Shown piece after piece: positions 48,559-58,354 of a DNA stretch of 64,000 nucleotides. Below the pieces are notes generated by a model, which worked only from the letters and a program-made list of their open reading frames with translations, made no database searches and had not been told where the DNA came from. Numbering within the stretch: position 1 is the first letter of the stretch; each line of letters begins with the position of its first letter. Origin of the DNA: a virus; the IMG/VR virus record IMGVR_UViG_3300037067_026753. The stretch is one strand, 5' to 3'. Made by a program: the position numbers and the translations under genes.

Positions 48559-48858
48559 TTAATCATCATCAGCAATGGCTGACATTTTTGGATTACTTGA
48601 TGTTTCCCTTTTTTTGTTTTTAATTCTTTTTTCGATATTTTTTTCAATAGTTTCTTGTTTGAGCTCAGCTAACTCGTCCTTTAACTTTTCTTCTTTTCGG
48701 AACATTGGGAACAATTTTGTTCCTCGTATAATAGGAATACTTACTTGCGTAATCAATGTCCAGCCAAGGGTAACAACGATTAAAACTTCAAAAGCAATTA
48801 TAAGTATCATACAAGTTCCTTTTTCTTGTGTATAAGTTTCTATATTTTTCAAGTTCAA
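48559..48858 (-). CDS. small single-TM protein upstream of SPFH gene
   Basis: TM + charged tail; position equivalent to NfeD partner but too short for OB domain. Confidence 0.4.
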   Translation of the reverse strand: MNLKNIETYTQEKGTCMILIIAFEVLIVVTLGWTLITQVSIPIIRGTKLFPMFRKEEKLKDELAELKQETIEKNIEKRIKNKKRETSSNPKMSAIADDD

Positions 48859-48930
48859 GTGAAAAAAATGTTTGAAATAGTTTTTAAAACACCAGTTTAA
48901 GATATAATATTAACTGGTGGGGATTAATCT

Positions 48931-49110
48931 ATGACGGTCTTGAAAGAAGAAGTTACATCTAGATTGCAAACAATGGCGTTTTTACTTGATGCTATTTCGT
49001 CTCTCCATAATGCTGGAATAATATCAGACGAAAAAGCTTGTGAAAAAGCAAATTGTTATATTAATCACATCGATGATGTTATGAAAATAGCGGAAAGTGA
49101 AATAGAATAG
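48931..49110 (+). CDS. unannotated 59-aa ORF
   Basis: GGTGGGGA SD 8 nt upstream; followed 8 nt later by next plus gene with GGAG SD. Confidence 0.35.
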   Translation: MTVLKEEVTSRLQTMAFLLDAISSLHNAGIISDEKACEKANCYINHIDDVMKIAESEIE

Positions 49111-49118
49111 GAGCACAT

Positions 49119-49427
49119 ATGAGTAAAAGGGCAGCAGACCACGAAAGATACTTGGGAGTTATACATAGTATAGCTAGAGCAGAAGAACTTGAAGAAAAAG
49201 ATAAAAGGAAAGAATTAAACAAACCCGAAATCAAAAAGACATGCTTTAATTGCGGGAAAAAGAAAAACTGCAGGAAATTCAGTGGAAAACTTACTTATGA
49301 TGGTTCTTATTCAATTGGCGGCGATACACACAGTGAAGCTTGCGATAAATGGGAACAAGTAAAGAATATAGCAAATGACCCTAAAAAAGTCAAATCATTA
49401 TTGAAACAATTTTCGAAGCTTAGATAA
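49119..49427 (+). CDS. small basic Cys-containing protein
   Basis: CFNCGKKKNC... Confidence 0.45.
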   Translation: MSKRAADHERYLGVIHSIARAEELEEKDKRKELNKPEIKKTCFNCGKKKNCRKFSGKLTYDGSYSIGGDTHSEACDKWEQVKNIANDPKKVKSLLKQFSKLR

Positions 49428-49916
49428 GACATCTTTTGAAGACAACTCTAAAGCCAAAAAATGCTTTACTAAAGTTTGTTTTGGTTTTGAACACGTTTCT
49501 TCTTTAAATTCACTCAAATCTTCAAATCTTGCTATAGTGTTTTTACCCGCATGTCCATACTTAACAAGTAATTCTTTATAAATCTCTATTGCTTCAGAAA
49601 TTTGTTTGCTATCTGTTATAGTCGAAAAACTCCCTCCAACATTTGCATCAAATCTTACATTACCTCCACTTGGAGGATAATAACTCATAAAAAACCAAGA
49701 AATGTTTCCCGATAAGTCTCCACCACGTGCTGAAGCATCAAACCGCCAATCTTTGCTTCCTGTTAACCAACAACTATCATTTGTGATCTGTATGAACCAA
49801 ACATGATCTTCATCGTCAAATTTAATATCACAATTTTGTGTATTAGCTTCTCTTTGCATTTTGTGTAGAATAGGTAATACTTCGCCTGCTGGCATTTTTC
49901 GTATATCACACATCAT
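49398..49916 (-). CDS. hypothetical protein
   Basis: ORF. Confidence 0.45.
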   Translation of the reverse strand: MMCDIRKMPAGEVLPILHKMQREANTQNCDIKFDDEDHVWFIQITNDSCWLTGSKDWRFDASARGGDLSGNISWFFMSYYPPSGGNVRFDANVGGSFSTITDSKQISEAIEIYKELLVKYGHAGKNTIARFEDLSEFKEETCSKPKQTLVKHFLALELSSKDVLSKLRKLFQ

Positions 49917-50113
49917 GATCTATCTGCCTCGTATATTTGTTCTATATCGTAAGTTGACTTGTCGAAATACTTAATCACAATTCGTTTCCATAAACGATAA
50001 GGCATTTTTCCACGTCGAACTCCCAAACCATTACATGCACCACATTTTGGAGAATTTTTCGAGTCATAGTATCCAGAACCGCCACATGCGGAGCAGATCT
50101 TGACTCGTTTCAT
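49913..50113 (-). CDS. small DnaJ-type zinc-finger protein
   Basis: CSACGGSGYY...CGACNGLG. Confidence 0.45.
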   Translation of the reverse strand: MKRVKICSACGGSGYYDSKNSPKCGACNGLGVRRGKMPYRLWKRIVIKYFDKSTYDIEQIYEADRS

Positions 50114-50631
50114 TTATTATACCACTCAAAAGTTTTTGCTACTATAAAATCGTTATTGGATAATTCGATTTTAACAGTAACAATTTTGTGGCTTCCATCT
50201 GAAGGAAGGAAATCATTAGTATACCCACTACCCATAAAACTAGTCAAGATTTCATTTTCGACAAATGATTGCCGATACTTTTTTTGCCATTCAAGATCAA
50301 AAACATAATCATATTCTGAACGAGCAAAAGGCCCAACTCGATAAACCGAAGAATCATTTGTCTGAATAGCTACAGGGAGCAAACCATAATAAATATTCCC
50401 ATTTAAGAAAGGACATTCGTATTTTGCTGATTGTACGAGCAAATCTTGATCGCGGACGTCAAGTCTCCGTAAAGTGAGAAAAGGGTCAAAATGCCCATAG
50501 AATGTCAATGGAAACATTAACGACTTAACATCATCGAATTCAAAATAACTATGGATCAATCTCCCGTTGTCAAAAATGAAATCACCAATTTCAGGTTGAA
50601 ATTTCTCCTGTTGTTGCTTGACCGTTATCAT
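50110..50631 (-). CDS. hypothetical protein
   Basis: ORF. Confidence 0.45.
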   Translation of the reverse strand: MITVKQQQEKFQPEIGDFIFDNGRLIHSYFEFDDVKSLMFPLTFYGHFDPFLTLRRLDVRDQDLLVQSAKYECPFLNGNIYYGLLPVAIQTNDSSVYRVGPFARSEYDYVFDLEWQKKYRQSFVENEILTSFMGSGYTNDFLPSDGSHKIVTVKIELSNNDFIVAKTFEWYNK

Positions 50632-50797
50632 TTTGAATTCCTTTCTCTACATCATTTTTTCTTGCTCGAGCTTCTTGATCAGCTTTTTTCTTTGCTTCTC
50701 TATTTTCTTTGATCATTTTCATCACTTCTTTGATTGATGCGTTTATCTCTCGGTTTTTTGCTCCTTGTTTCTTCAAGTTACGCACAATTTCAGCCAT
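50591..50797 (-). CDS. small basic protein
   Basis: ORF. Confidence 0.35.
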   Translation of the reverse strand: MAEIVRNLKKQGAKNREINASIKEVMKMIKENREAKKKADQEARARKNDVEKGIQNDNGQATTGEIST

Positions 50798-50819
50798 TGA
50801 ATATCTCCTATAAAAAGGT

Positions 50820-52136
50820 TCATAAAGGATATGTCCTCTTTATATACTCAATGGCTTGATCTCGAGTAAACAGTTTCTCCTCGAGTTGTTGGTCTTGTAC
50901 GTCGTCTAACATAGTTCTAAATGACGGCCCCTTAGGATACCCCAAAGCAATCAGATCGAACCCAGTTACAAGACGAGGGAGTTTATCAAGCTTCACAGTC
51001 TCGGGTGTGGCTTCGAATTCCTTGAGCTTTCTTTGCATAAACTCGTAATGCTCAAGACCACCGTGAGATGACATACAATCGACTCGATGCAACTCGAGAT
51101 GCTCGTCGAACTTGTGTAAATTCATAAACCGCTTGAGCTTAGAGACCCTCATTTTCTCAGCTACAGGGAATTTCATATGATGCTCAACCATAGAAACAAC
51201 ATGATCTATGAATTCGTTCGAAAACTTGAGTCTTTTGAGAATCTCTTCAGCCATGTATTTTCCCTTCATATCATGACCGCTAAAACGTATCCGATCCTCA
51301 AAAGTTTGAGTCGATGGTTTGCCAATATCATGGAGAAAAACTCCCCATAATAGAGTGTCAGACACATTTTCAGGAAGTAATCCGAGAGCCAATAAGGTAT
51401 GCACCCAAACATCACCTTCTTTATGGAATTCGAGCGGTTGCTCACAACCAACCATTGCAACAACTTCTGGCAGGATTTCTGAAAGCAAACCCGTGCCAAG
51501 GAGCAGTTCAAGAGCTCTCTTTTTGTCTTTGACTCCAAGGATTTTCGTCATTTCGTCAGCAATGCGTTCAGCTGAAACCGAAAGAATTTGCTGGCTATTC
51601 TGCTGCACAGCTTGTAAAGTGTTTTCTTCGATCTCAAATCCCAGCCGAGCAGCAAACCGAACAACACGCATTAAACGGAGTTTGTCTTCCTTTATGCGGT
51701 CGTAAGGATTTCCTATAAGCCGTATTATCTTTTGCTCTAAATCAGTCTGACCACCCACGACATCAATAATTTTGTCAGTTAAGGGGTCATAAAACATACC
51801 ATTGATCGTGAGGTCTCGTCGCCTTGCGTCTTCCTCTAAGGAAGTGAATTCGATTGAATCAGGGCGCCGTCCATCGGAATAAGCACCATCAGACCGAAAA
51901 GTTGCAACTTCGAACTCTTCTCCGTCGACAATGACAACGATGACACCAAAAGCTTTTCCGACAGCTACAGTTTTGGGAAACAGAGCCTCTATTTCGTTTG
52001 GCCTTGCATTTGTGGCTATATCTATATCATTCGGCTCAAGACCAAGAATATAGTCCCTTACGCAACCACCAGCATAAACAGCCTGATAGCCTTGTTCGGA
52101 TAAAGTCTTTATTATTGAAAGTGCTTTAGAATTCAT
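50820..52136 (-). CDS. cca: CCA-adding tRNA nucleotidyltransferase (class II, HD domain)
   Basis: GGCVRDYILGLEPNDIDIAT, RFAARLGF, FLHDIGKP. Confidence 0.85.
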   Translation of the reverse strand: MNSKALSIIKTLSEQGYQAVYAGGCVRDYILGLEPNDIDIATNARPNEIEALFPKTVAVGKAFGVIVVIVDGEEFEVATFRSDGAYSDGRRPDSIEFTSLEEDARRRDLTINGMFYDPLTDKIIDVVGGQTDLEQKIIRLIGNPYDRIKEDKLRLMRVVRFAARLGFEIEENTLQAVQQNSQQILSVSAERIADEMTKILGVKDKKRALELLLGTGLLSEILPEVVAMVGCEQPLEFHKEGDVWVHTLLALGLLPENVSDTLLWGVFLHDIGKPSTQTFEDRIRFSGHDMKGKYMAEEILKRLKFSNEFIDHVVSMVEHHMKFPVAEKMRVSKLKRFMNLHKFDEHLELHRVDCMSSHGGLEHYEFMQRKLKEFEATPETVKLDKLPRLVTGFDLIALGYPKGPSFRTMLDDVQDQQLEEKLFTRDQAIEYIKRTYPL

Positions 52137-52261
52137 GTTTTCTTTCTAATTCGTAATTTGACATAAACGCAATAAAGTGTATATGATAAGAACAATAAAG
52201 CCAATCGAACCAGAAGAGACACCAAGCATGATTAAACATCCTACTTGTTTTTCTGTCAGTT

Positions 52262-52516
52262 TCATTTCATTGTCCTTAATTCTTTACTGAGTTCTTTATG
52301 AACTAAGGGTGCAATTTTCTTAAGACCTGCCATGACTAAAGCAACTCTAGTTCGTATGAACGTAATATTAACCGAAATTCCATCAAATGTTCGCTTTTCA
52401 AGCAAAAACGTCATGGGAATTGCATACTCTGAAACTCTCCAATCAGGATTTGCTTTTTCAATTTCTCTGTAAAGCCTTTTTACAAAAGCTTTAAATCTTT
52501 TTGGTTTGTCATCCAT
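52262..52516 (-). CDS. hypothetical protein
   Basis: ORF. Confidence 0.4.
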   Translation of the reverse strand: MDDKPKRFKAFVKRLYREIEKANPDWRVSEYAIPMTFLLEKRTFDGISVNITFIRTRVALVMAGLKKIAPLVHKELSKELRTMK

Positions 52517-52543
52517 TAAATCGTTATATCGATAGAAGGAATA

Positions 52544-53272
52544 TCAACTACCATAAAATCTTTTCTTATCTTTTTTTCTATAAAAAACAAGCTTTTCTTT
52601 ATATCTTCTTGCAAAACAATTCAATTGTTCATCAGAAAAAGTCAACAAATCATCTTCAGTTAAAATTTTAAAAATTAAATTGCTCTCTTTGCAAAAGCGC
52701 AAACCAACTAATTGTTTAGCAATATTAATATCATAATTAAGAAGTTTTTTTATTTTTATTTCGACAAGATATAAATTGTCGATAAGAAAATCAGGAACAT
52801 ATTTTTGATTTTGTCTTATTTTAAATTTTATCAATTCGTCTTGACTCAAGTACTGAGAAAACTTAATTTGAACGGGTTCATAAACAATTTTTTTGTTTTC
52901 AATCAAATTTTTTATAATGAAGGATAATTCATAAGTACTTCTAAATGTGATATTTTCAAATATTCCACAAATCCCCCTTCCAGATTTAGACATACTTTTG
53001 GGATTCCAATTAACATGAGGTTTTCCTGTACGGGCTAGTACTCTACATTTTTTTGAGCAAAAACTTGTTTTTCTGCTTGGAAAAACATAAAATTCTTTAG
53101 AACATTGTCCACATATTCTTTTTGATTTCCTACTGTTTCCAATTAACGCACGTTTTAAAGCGTATATTTTTTTTAATTTTTCACTTCTTATTTTTCCAGT
53201 CCGTAATGCTGCCAGTTTTGTTTTTAATTTGCCCTTTTTTGCTTTACTTATGTTCTCTCCCCTTGTCGACAT
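52544..53272 (-). CDS. zinc-ribbon + PD-(D/E)xK nuclease-like protein
   Basis: CGQC...CSKKC; VPDFLIDNLYLVEIK. Confidence 0.45.
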   Translation of the reverse strand: MSTRGENISKAKKGKLKTKLAALRTGKIRSEKLKKIYALKRALIGNSRKSKRICGQCSKEFYVFPSRKTSFCSKKCRVLARTGKPHVNWNPKSMSKSGRGICGIFENITFRSTYELSFIIKNLIENKKIVYEPVQIKFSQYLSQDELIKFKIRQNQKYVPDFLIDNLYLVEIKIKKLLNYDINIAKQLVGLRFCKESNLIFKILTEDDLLTFSDEQLNCFARRYKEKLVFYRKKDKKRFYGS

Positions 53273-53790
53273 TATCCGAGGTATTCCTTAACAATGTCGA
53301 CACAAAGATCTGATATTTTTTCTCTGTTTGGAGATTTTGGGAGTTTTGATGTTTTATAAGCAATTGCAAGTTTTTTATCTTGATCCAGAGAATACTGTTC
53401 AGCTTGTTCATAGGACCATGAACCATCTCTAATTTCTTTGAGTTCTTCAGCATCAATAAAAGTTCGATCAACAAACAAAGTTCCTTTTTCGAGGCCTTCT
53501 AAGCCCATTCGCAATAGTCTTACAAGATGCATCAGATGCTTCGTATCCATTCCGAACTTTGCTTCCAAATCGGCTCGTTTGGGATTTCGTGTCTTTTGCC
53601 AATTTAGATATTGTTTCCATTCAGACATTGCATTATGAAATTTAAGTTCTCTTTGCGCTTGTTCTACATATTCGTCTTTGATATATTGAGAACCCAAAGA
53701 AGTAAAAGCATGGCATTGAGCTTTCAATCCTGCTTGTAACCATTCCATCGCAAAGGTTTGTTCTTCAGGAATAATGAAACGAGTAAGCAA
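53272..53790 (-). CDS. alpha-helical partner/C-terminal part of the nucleotidyltransferase (TTG start; 67-nt overlap)
   Basis: R-x4-H (RELKFH) and HLVRLLRMGLEGL motifs; frame shifted relative to upstream ORF. Confidence 0.45.
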   Translation of the reverse strand: MLTRFIIPEEQTFAMEWLQAGLKAQCHAFTSLGSQYIKDEYVEQAQRELKFHNAMSEWKQYLNWQKTRNPKRADLEAKFGMDTKHLMHLVRLLRMGLEGLEKGTLFVDRTFIDAEELKEIRDGSWSYEQAEQYSLDQDKKLAIAYKTSKLPKSPNREKISDLCVDIVKEYLG

Positions 53791-54398
53791 AGGGACGACC
53801 TAAACGCCGTAAATCCGATCAAGTTCGGCGACAAACGACTCTCTTTCAGATTCGATAATAATCTCAAGAGCTGCTTGACAAACAGCTTTTGTGATGTAGG
53901 AAACATTGATTCCTCGGGTAATCCAAAATCAGACCGTTTGGGTTCTGCTTTTAGAGGATTCAAAAGGAATTTCCTATGCGTTTTAATCCTGTCGAGTTGG
54001 GCAATTGCATAACCTGAAAACGTATATCTCATTCTTTTTGATAAGAAGATCGATCTGTTTTCAATAATTTTTTCCCACACAGAGTGCATTTGGACGATAC
54101 ATCGTTCCGGCGTGAACAGTAAATCAAGCATGTTTGGGTTATTGTCAGCAACAAGTGTTAATGCTTTTCTGATTTCGAAAATAGTTTTATCAAGATCAGT
54201 ATATCCTTGGAATTGCTCTACTCTTTTTTGGCCTAGAAAGTATTCATATCCAGGGATCATGGCACCAGCGTAATCTGTGTCCGAAAACTCGTTATGGGTC
54301 CCATAAGCTTGAGACCCAACAATGCATTCAAAAATCGTATGTGCTTCTACATACTCAGGTGTCATCGTCTTCTTCTTCCTCGTTGTTATACAATTCAA
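53724..54398 (-). CDS. Pol-beta-superfamily nucleotidyltransferase (GS..D.D); C-terminal ~30 aa look out-of-frame
   Basis: GSQAYGTHNEFSDTDYAG. Confidence 0.55.
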   Translation of the reverse strand: MNCITTRKKKTMTPEYVEAHTIFECIVGSQAYGTHNEFSDTDYAGAMIPGYEYFLGQKRVEQFQGYTDLDKTIFEIRKALTLVADNNPNMLDLLFTPERCIVQMHSVWEKIIENRSIFLSKRMRYTFSGYAIAQLDRIKTHRKFLLNPLKAEPKRSDFGLPEESMFPTSQKLFVKQLLRLLSNLKESRLSPNLIGFTAFRSSLCLLVSLFLKNKPLRWNGYKQD

Positions 54399-54897
54399 AA
54401 ATTATCTTGTCGATATTGTCTATCAAAGTCTTTTTATATTCATCGCTCGAATCATGATCTAATAATGATGTAACAGTTTTTAGTTCATCAAATTTTTCAA
54501 GCTTTTTTTGAAGGATACTTTTTTGTGCAGGGTCTTCCGTTTTTTCTATTAGATCTAGTAAAATCTTTCGCTGTTTTGTATAATTTTCATGAGAAAACTT
54601 TTCGATAAGTTCGGACATTGTTTTATTATCATCTGGATAATCTTCAATTTTTATTTCGCTCAGTCGTGAATAAAGCGATCTTGCTGCAGGATTGCACAAT
54701 GCTGAAGCTACTAAGTCAAGAAGATTTTGTTGTTTTCTGAGTCCTTTTGTAAGGTACTTCAAATGCAATTGCAAATCTTCAATTGATTTTTTTTGATAAT
54801 AAACAAGAATTAAGAACAAAATCCAGATAATGCCAATCAAAACATGATCTAATACGCTCATTCTCTCCTCATAACATTTTGAAAAAATCACTTTCAC
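54355..54897 (-). CDS. membrane-anchored coiled-coil protein
   Basis: ORF. Confidence 0.4.
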   Translation of the reverse strand: MKVIFSKCYEERMSVLDHVLIGIIWILFLILVYYQKKSIEDLQLHLKYLTKGLRKQQNLLDLVASALCNPAARSLYSRLSEIKIEDYPDDNKTMSELIEKFSHENYTKQRKILLDLIEKTEDPAQKSILQKKLEKFDELKTVTSLLDHDSSDEYKKTLIDNIDKIIFELYNNEEEEDDDT

Positions 54898-56830
54898 TCA
54901 AAATCGTAATTCCAAGTTGTCTTGCTTTTTGCGCTTTACTGCTTGTTGAACTCGGATCCACCATGACAAGATAAGTCAAACCTTTGTTGACCGAATCTTC
55001 AGCAATTCCTCCATTCGCTTTGACCAAGGCCAACATATCTTCTCTAGTGTACCGTTTTCCATCGGGCTTTATTGCTTGAATTGCTCCTGTAAAACAGAAA
55101 CTCATTCCAGCAAATTTATTGGAATCAATTTTTATTTTTTCGGGTTCCTTTATAGTAATACCAACATCAAACAAATTTTTCATAAATGTCGCTTTAGCAG
55201 CCAGTCCAGCTTTAATTTGTGATGCTGTTTTTGTTCCTATTCCTTTCACTTGAATAAGAGCTTCTTCAGTTGCACTAAATAATTTCACAATGTCGTATCC
55301 AGCAACCATTAGTGCTGTTGCCGTTTCTTTAGAGAAATTAGGCATATTAAGACCAGCAATAAATTCCGGCAATGTGATTGCCATTTTTGCTCTCAGATTT
55401 GTTACGATTTTCGTAGCTGACCGTTCGCCCAAACGTTCAAGACCCGCAACCTGATTGACTGTGAGTTTATAGAAATCAGCAGGTTCTTTAACAAGGCCAT
55501 TTTCATAGAGCATTTGAATGATTTTGGGACCAAGTCCGTCAATGTCAAGAACCTGAACCCAACGTTCGAGGTTACCTGTTCCGAGCCCTGAGCAATCATC
55601 ATTGGTACACATAAGGAATTTACCTTGAATTTCAGTTTTCCCTCCGCATTCAGGACAAACACCGGGAACTACAAAATCTTCAGTTCCTCCACCATGATTT
55701 TCGAGCAGGTATGGGATCACGTCGTTTGCACGTTCAATAAGAACAGCGCAACCTTTCTTGAACTTGAAAGTTTTGAACATTTCGACATTGTGCAAACTAC
55801 AACGACGTACGGTTACACCGCCCATGGGTGTAGGTTCAAGAATAGCAATGGGTGTAACCCTCCGGCTATTTCCTATATGCCACAGGATGTCTTTGAGAAT
55901 CGTTTCTTTTTGCATTGGTTTGAATTTCCAAGCAATTTTCGCTTTAGGATTGCCGCCGAGCATCCCATGTTTCTGCTGGATGGTAATGGAATTTGCTCGT
56001 ATTACAAGCCCATCGATATCATAGGGCAAAGTCGCTCGAATTTTCGATTCGTATTCATTAAAAACTTGAATTGCTTCTACAATCGAAACCTTTTTCCAGA
56101 AGCACGTTTTGAGACCGAATCTCTCGATTGTTTGAAGTTTTTCTTCTTCTGTAAAGAAAGTAGTTCCTGCGATATCATAATAATAAATTGAAAGAAATTC
56201 GACGTTTTCACCAGTGAGAGTTTTCTGCAGACCCGTGGCAGTGTTTCTGGGATTTTTGTAATCTCTACCACTTTTTACAAGAAGTTTTTCGAAGTCATCT
56301 CTGAGGATAAAAACTTCTCCGTAAATGTTCCCTGTGAAACCAGGTATTGTTGCTCGAACATTTTGCATTTTCAAAACATTCTGCAGCATGTCTTCGCCTT
56401 CAACACCATTTCCTCGAGATATTGCTTGAATCAGATTGCTATTGTCATAAACAAGATCGATTGAGCCTCCGTCCATTTTATCAAAAATGACATAGGATGA
56501 GTCGCCAATCTCGTTTGCCCAAGTTTCAAATTCTGCCTGGGAATTTACCTTGTTGAGGGAAGTCATCGGAATACAATGACTTGCTTTTTCCCATTCGGAA
56601 GCTGCAACTATCGGTGCACCTATTTGATTAAGGTAGACTTCAACATCTTCAACGAAGCTTGGATCAATTGATTTTTTGGGGAAAAGAACACGGTTATAAA
56701 GAGTCGCTAACCGGTCTTTCTTTTGATCATATTCGGCATCTGTGATAATCGATACTCCTTCATTGTAATAGGAGTTCGATGCTTTCTGCAACAATTCTAA
56801 AATTTCTTTTGCTTCATCAAATAATCTCAT
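54869..56830 (-). CDS. ligA: NAD-dependent DNA ligase
   Basis: KMDG adenylation motif, OB, Zn finger (CPECGG..C..C), HhH and C-terminal BRCT-like region; AGGAGA SD. Confidence 0.9.
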   Translation of the reverse strand: MRLFDEAKEILELLQKASNSYYNEGVSIITDAEYDQKKDRLATLYNRVLFPKKSIDPSFVEDVEVYLNQIGAPIVAASEWEKASHCIPMTSLNKVNSQAEFETWANEIGDSSYVIFDKMDGGSIDLVYDNSNLIQAISRGNGVEGEDMLQNVLKMQNVRATIPGFTGNIYGEVFILRDDFEKLLVKSGRDYKNPRNTATGLQKTLTGENVEFLSIYYYDIAGTTFFTEEEKLQTIERFGLKTCFWKKVSIVEAIQVFNEYESKIRATLPYDIDGLVIRANSITIQQKHGMLGGNPKAKIAWKFKPMQKETILKDILWHIGNSRRVTPIAILEPTPMGGVTVRRCSLHNVEMFKTFKFKKGCAVLIERANDVIPYLLENHGGGTEDFVVPGVCPECGGKTEIQGKFLMCTNDDCSGLGTGNLERWVQVLDIDGLGPKIIQMLYENGLVKEPADFYKLTVNQVAGLERLGERSATKIVTNLRAKMAITLPEFIAGLNMPNFSKETATALMVAGYDIVKLFSATEEALIQVKGIGTKTASQIKAGLAAKATFMKNLFDVGITIKEPEKIKIDSNKFAGMSFCFTGAIQAIKPDGKRYTREDMLALVKANGGIAEDSVNKGLTYLVMVDPSSTSSKAQKARQLGITILSESDFFKML

Positions 56831-56955
56831 AGTTTATCTCCTGTTCTTCTATTATATCTAAAGCGCGCACAAAAACAACCAAAAACATAACGTGCCCAGG
56901 TATTTTCCCAGGCACATTATAGGTATTAATTAGTGTGTAATTTAATTAATATAAT

Positions 56956-57219
56956 CTAATCTGAATTTTCGAAAGAAGGGCAGGAATCTCGTAAACAATC
57001 ATAACAGTTACTTACTTTCTTGCAGGTTTTACAAAGTGAAGTTTCCCAAGCGTTTTTAAAACCACTTGCGTGTACATCGACCCATTGCAAAAAATATTGT
57101 TCGCTTGGTTTACCATCGTAATCATAGCGTAAATCGAAGTTCTCTTTTTCACTTGCTAAATAGACTGATTTATCTATTGCATGAATTTGTGCAGTAAGAA
57201 ATTTAGCAAAATCTTGCAT
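56956..57219 (-). CDS. small hypothetical protein
   Basis: ORF. Confidence 0.4.
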   Translation of the reverse strand: MQDFAKFLTAQIHAIDKSVYLASEKENFDLRYDYDGKPSEQYFLQWVDVHASGFKNAWETSLCKTCKKVSNCYDCLRDSCPSFENSD

Positions 57220-57341
57220 GATGCACTCGCTATTTTCTTATACAACAAGCTCCTAGTTTTAATCTTAATTTTACGTTTTTAATCGTAACTTAATTTTTAT
57301 ATGCTTTATTTTCTCGTATAAAAACTTTGCAAAAAATTGTC

Positions 57342-58220
57342 TTAAATTTCAATTAATGTAGCATCCACTACATGTTCGTTTTCAAGCTCGAACTTTACAA
57401 ATCTTGTTTTTGCTTCTTTATCATAGATCGTTAAAAAAGGTTGTCCGGGTTGCACGACTAAAGTTTTACCTAATATTACTTTCCATTGTTTTGTAATAGC
57501 ATAATTTTCATGTATGTGGCCATGCAATGACAATAAAGGCTGTTGTTCTTTTATCCAATTGTATATAGACACAGATCCCACACGTTCGAGTCTATCATAA
57601 CCCGTGTGTATTCTCCTTCCGCAAACATCAAGTTCTAGATTTCTGGGCGGCATATGACAGGAGAATATAAAATTCTTATGCAGTACGATTTCTTTAGCAA
57701 GATCTTCTTGTATTGTACTTTTCTTTGCTAAATACTTATCGATATCGAGTATTTCTACCCTCATACCATTTTCAGTATAATTAACTCCATCAAGACAAAA
57801 AGGTCTCATCCATCCTCTATAGTCTAATTTGCAAATTGATTTTAAAGGAAATGGATAGTCACAAACATAAGGATATGCTTTAAAAAGAAATCCTTCGATC
57901 TCGACGGGCTCTTCATCTAAAAGACTTCCATATCGCCTGAATTCTTTTTTCATTGAAACAAGATCGTCATTTCCAAATGAAGCAAGAATTTTTATTTCAT
58001 TATCTTTTGCTTTCTGATAGAATTCTCTTAAGAATTTCTTTACAAAAGTAGTTTGAACATCAGGTAGGATGTCGGCACCTAGATGAATTATTTTTATTTG
58101 ATGATCAAGAGCATAAGATAGAATTTTCTTATATTTCTCTTGATCGCCATGAAGATCTGTAGCATAAAGAAACAACATGACATTACTCCAGGGAGAAAAT
58201 TTATGCAAAAGAGAGAGCAA
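57342..58220 (-). CDS. calcineurin-like metallophosphoesterase
   Basis: ATDLHGD, IHLGADI, GNDD, GHIH motifs. Confidence 0.75.
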   Translation of the reverse strand: MLSLLHKFSPWSNVMLFLYATDLHGDQEKYKKILSYALDHQIKIIHLGADILPDVQTTFVKKFLREFYQKAKDNEIKILASFGNDDLVSMKKEFRRYGSLLDEEPVEIEGFLFKAYPYVCDYPFPLKSICKLDYRGWMRPFCLDGVNYTENGMRVEILDIDKYLAKKSTIQEDLAKEIVLHKNFIFSCHMPPRNLELDVCGRRIHTGYDRLERVGSVSIYNWIKEQQPLLSLHGHIHENYAITKQWKVILGKTLVVQPGQPFLTIYDKEAKTRFVKFELENEHVVDATLIEI

Positions 58221-58354
58221 ACAAAGGTTGAGAAAATTGCTGCCCGTGGCTACAAACGTTTAGATGATTATTATAATAAAAAAATCAAGAAGTCTAAATA
58301 TAATAACATTCCCGATTATGTAAGGGAAGTTAGATACAACGATCCGTCAAAAAC

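Noticed and set aside
53780-53830. Programmed -1 frameshift heptamer at the nucleotidyltransferase junction
   Set aside because: No X_XXY_YYZ slippery site in the zero frame.
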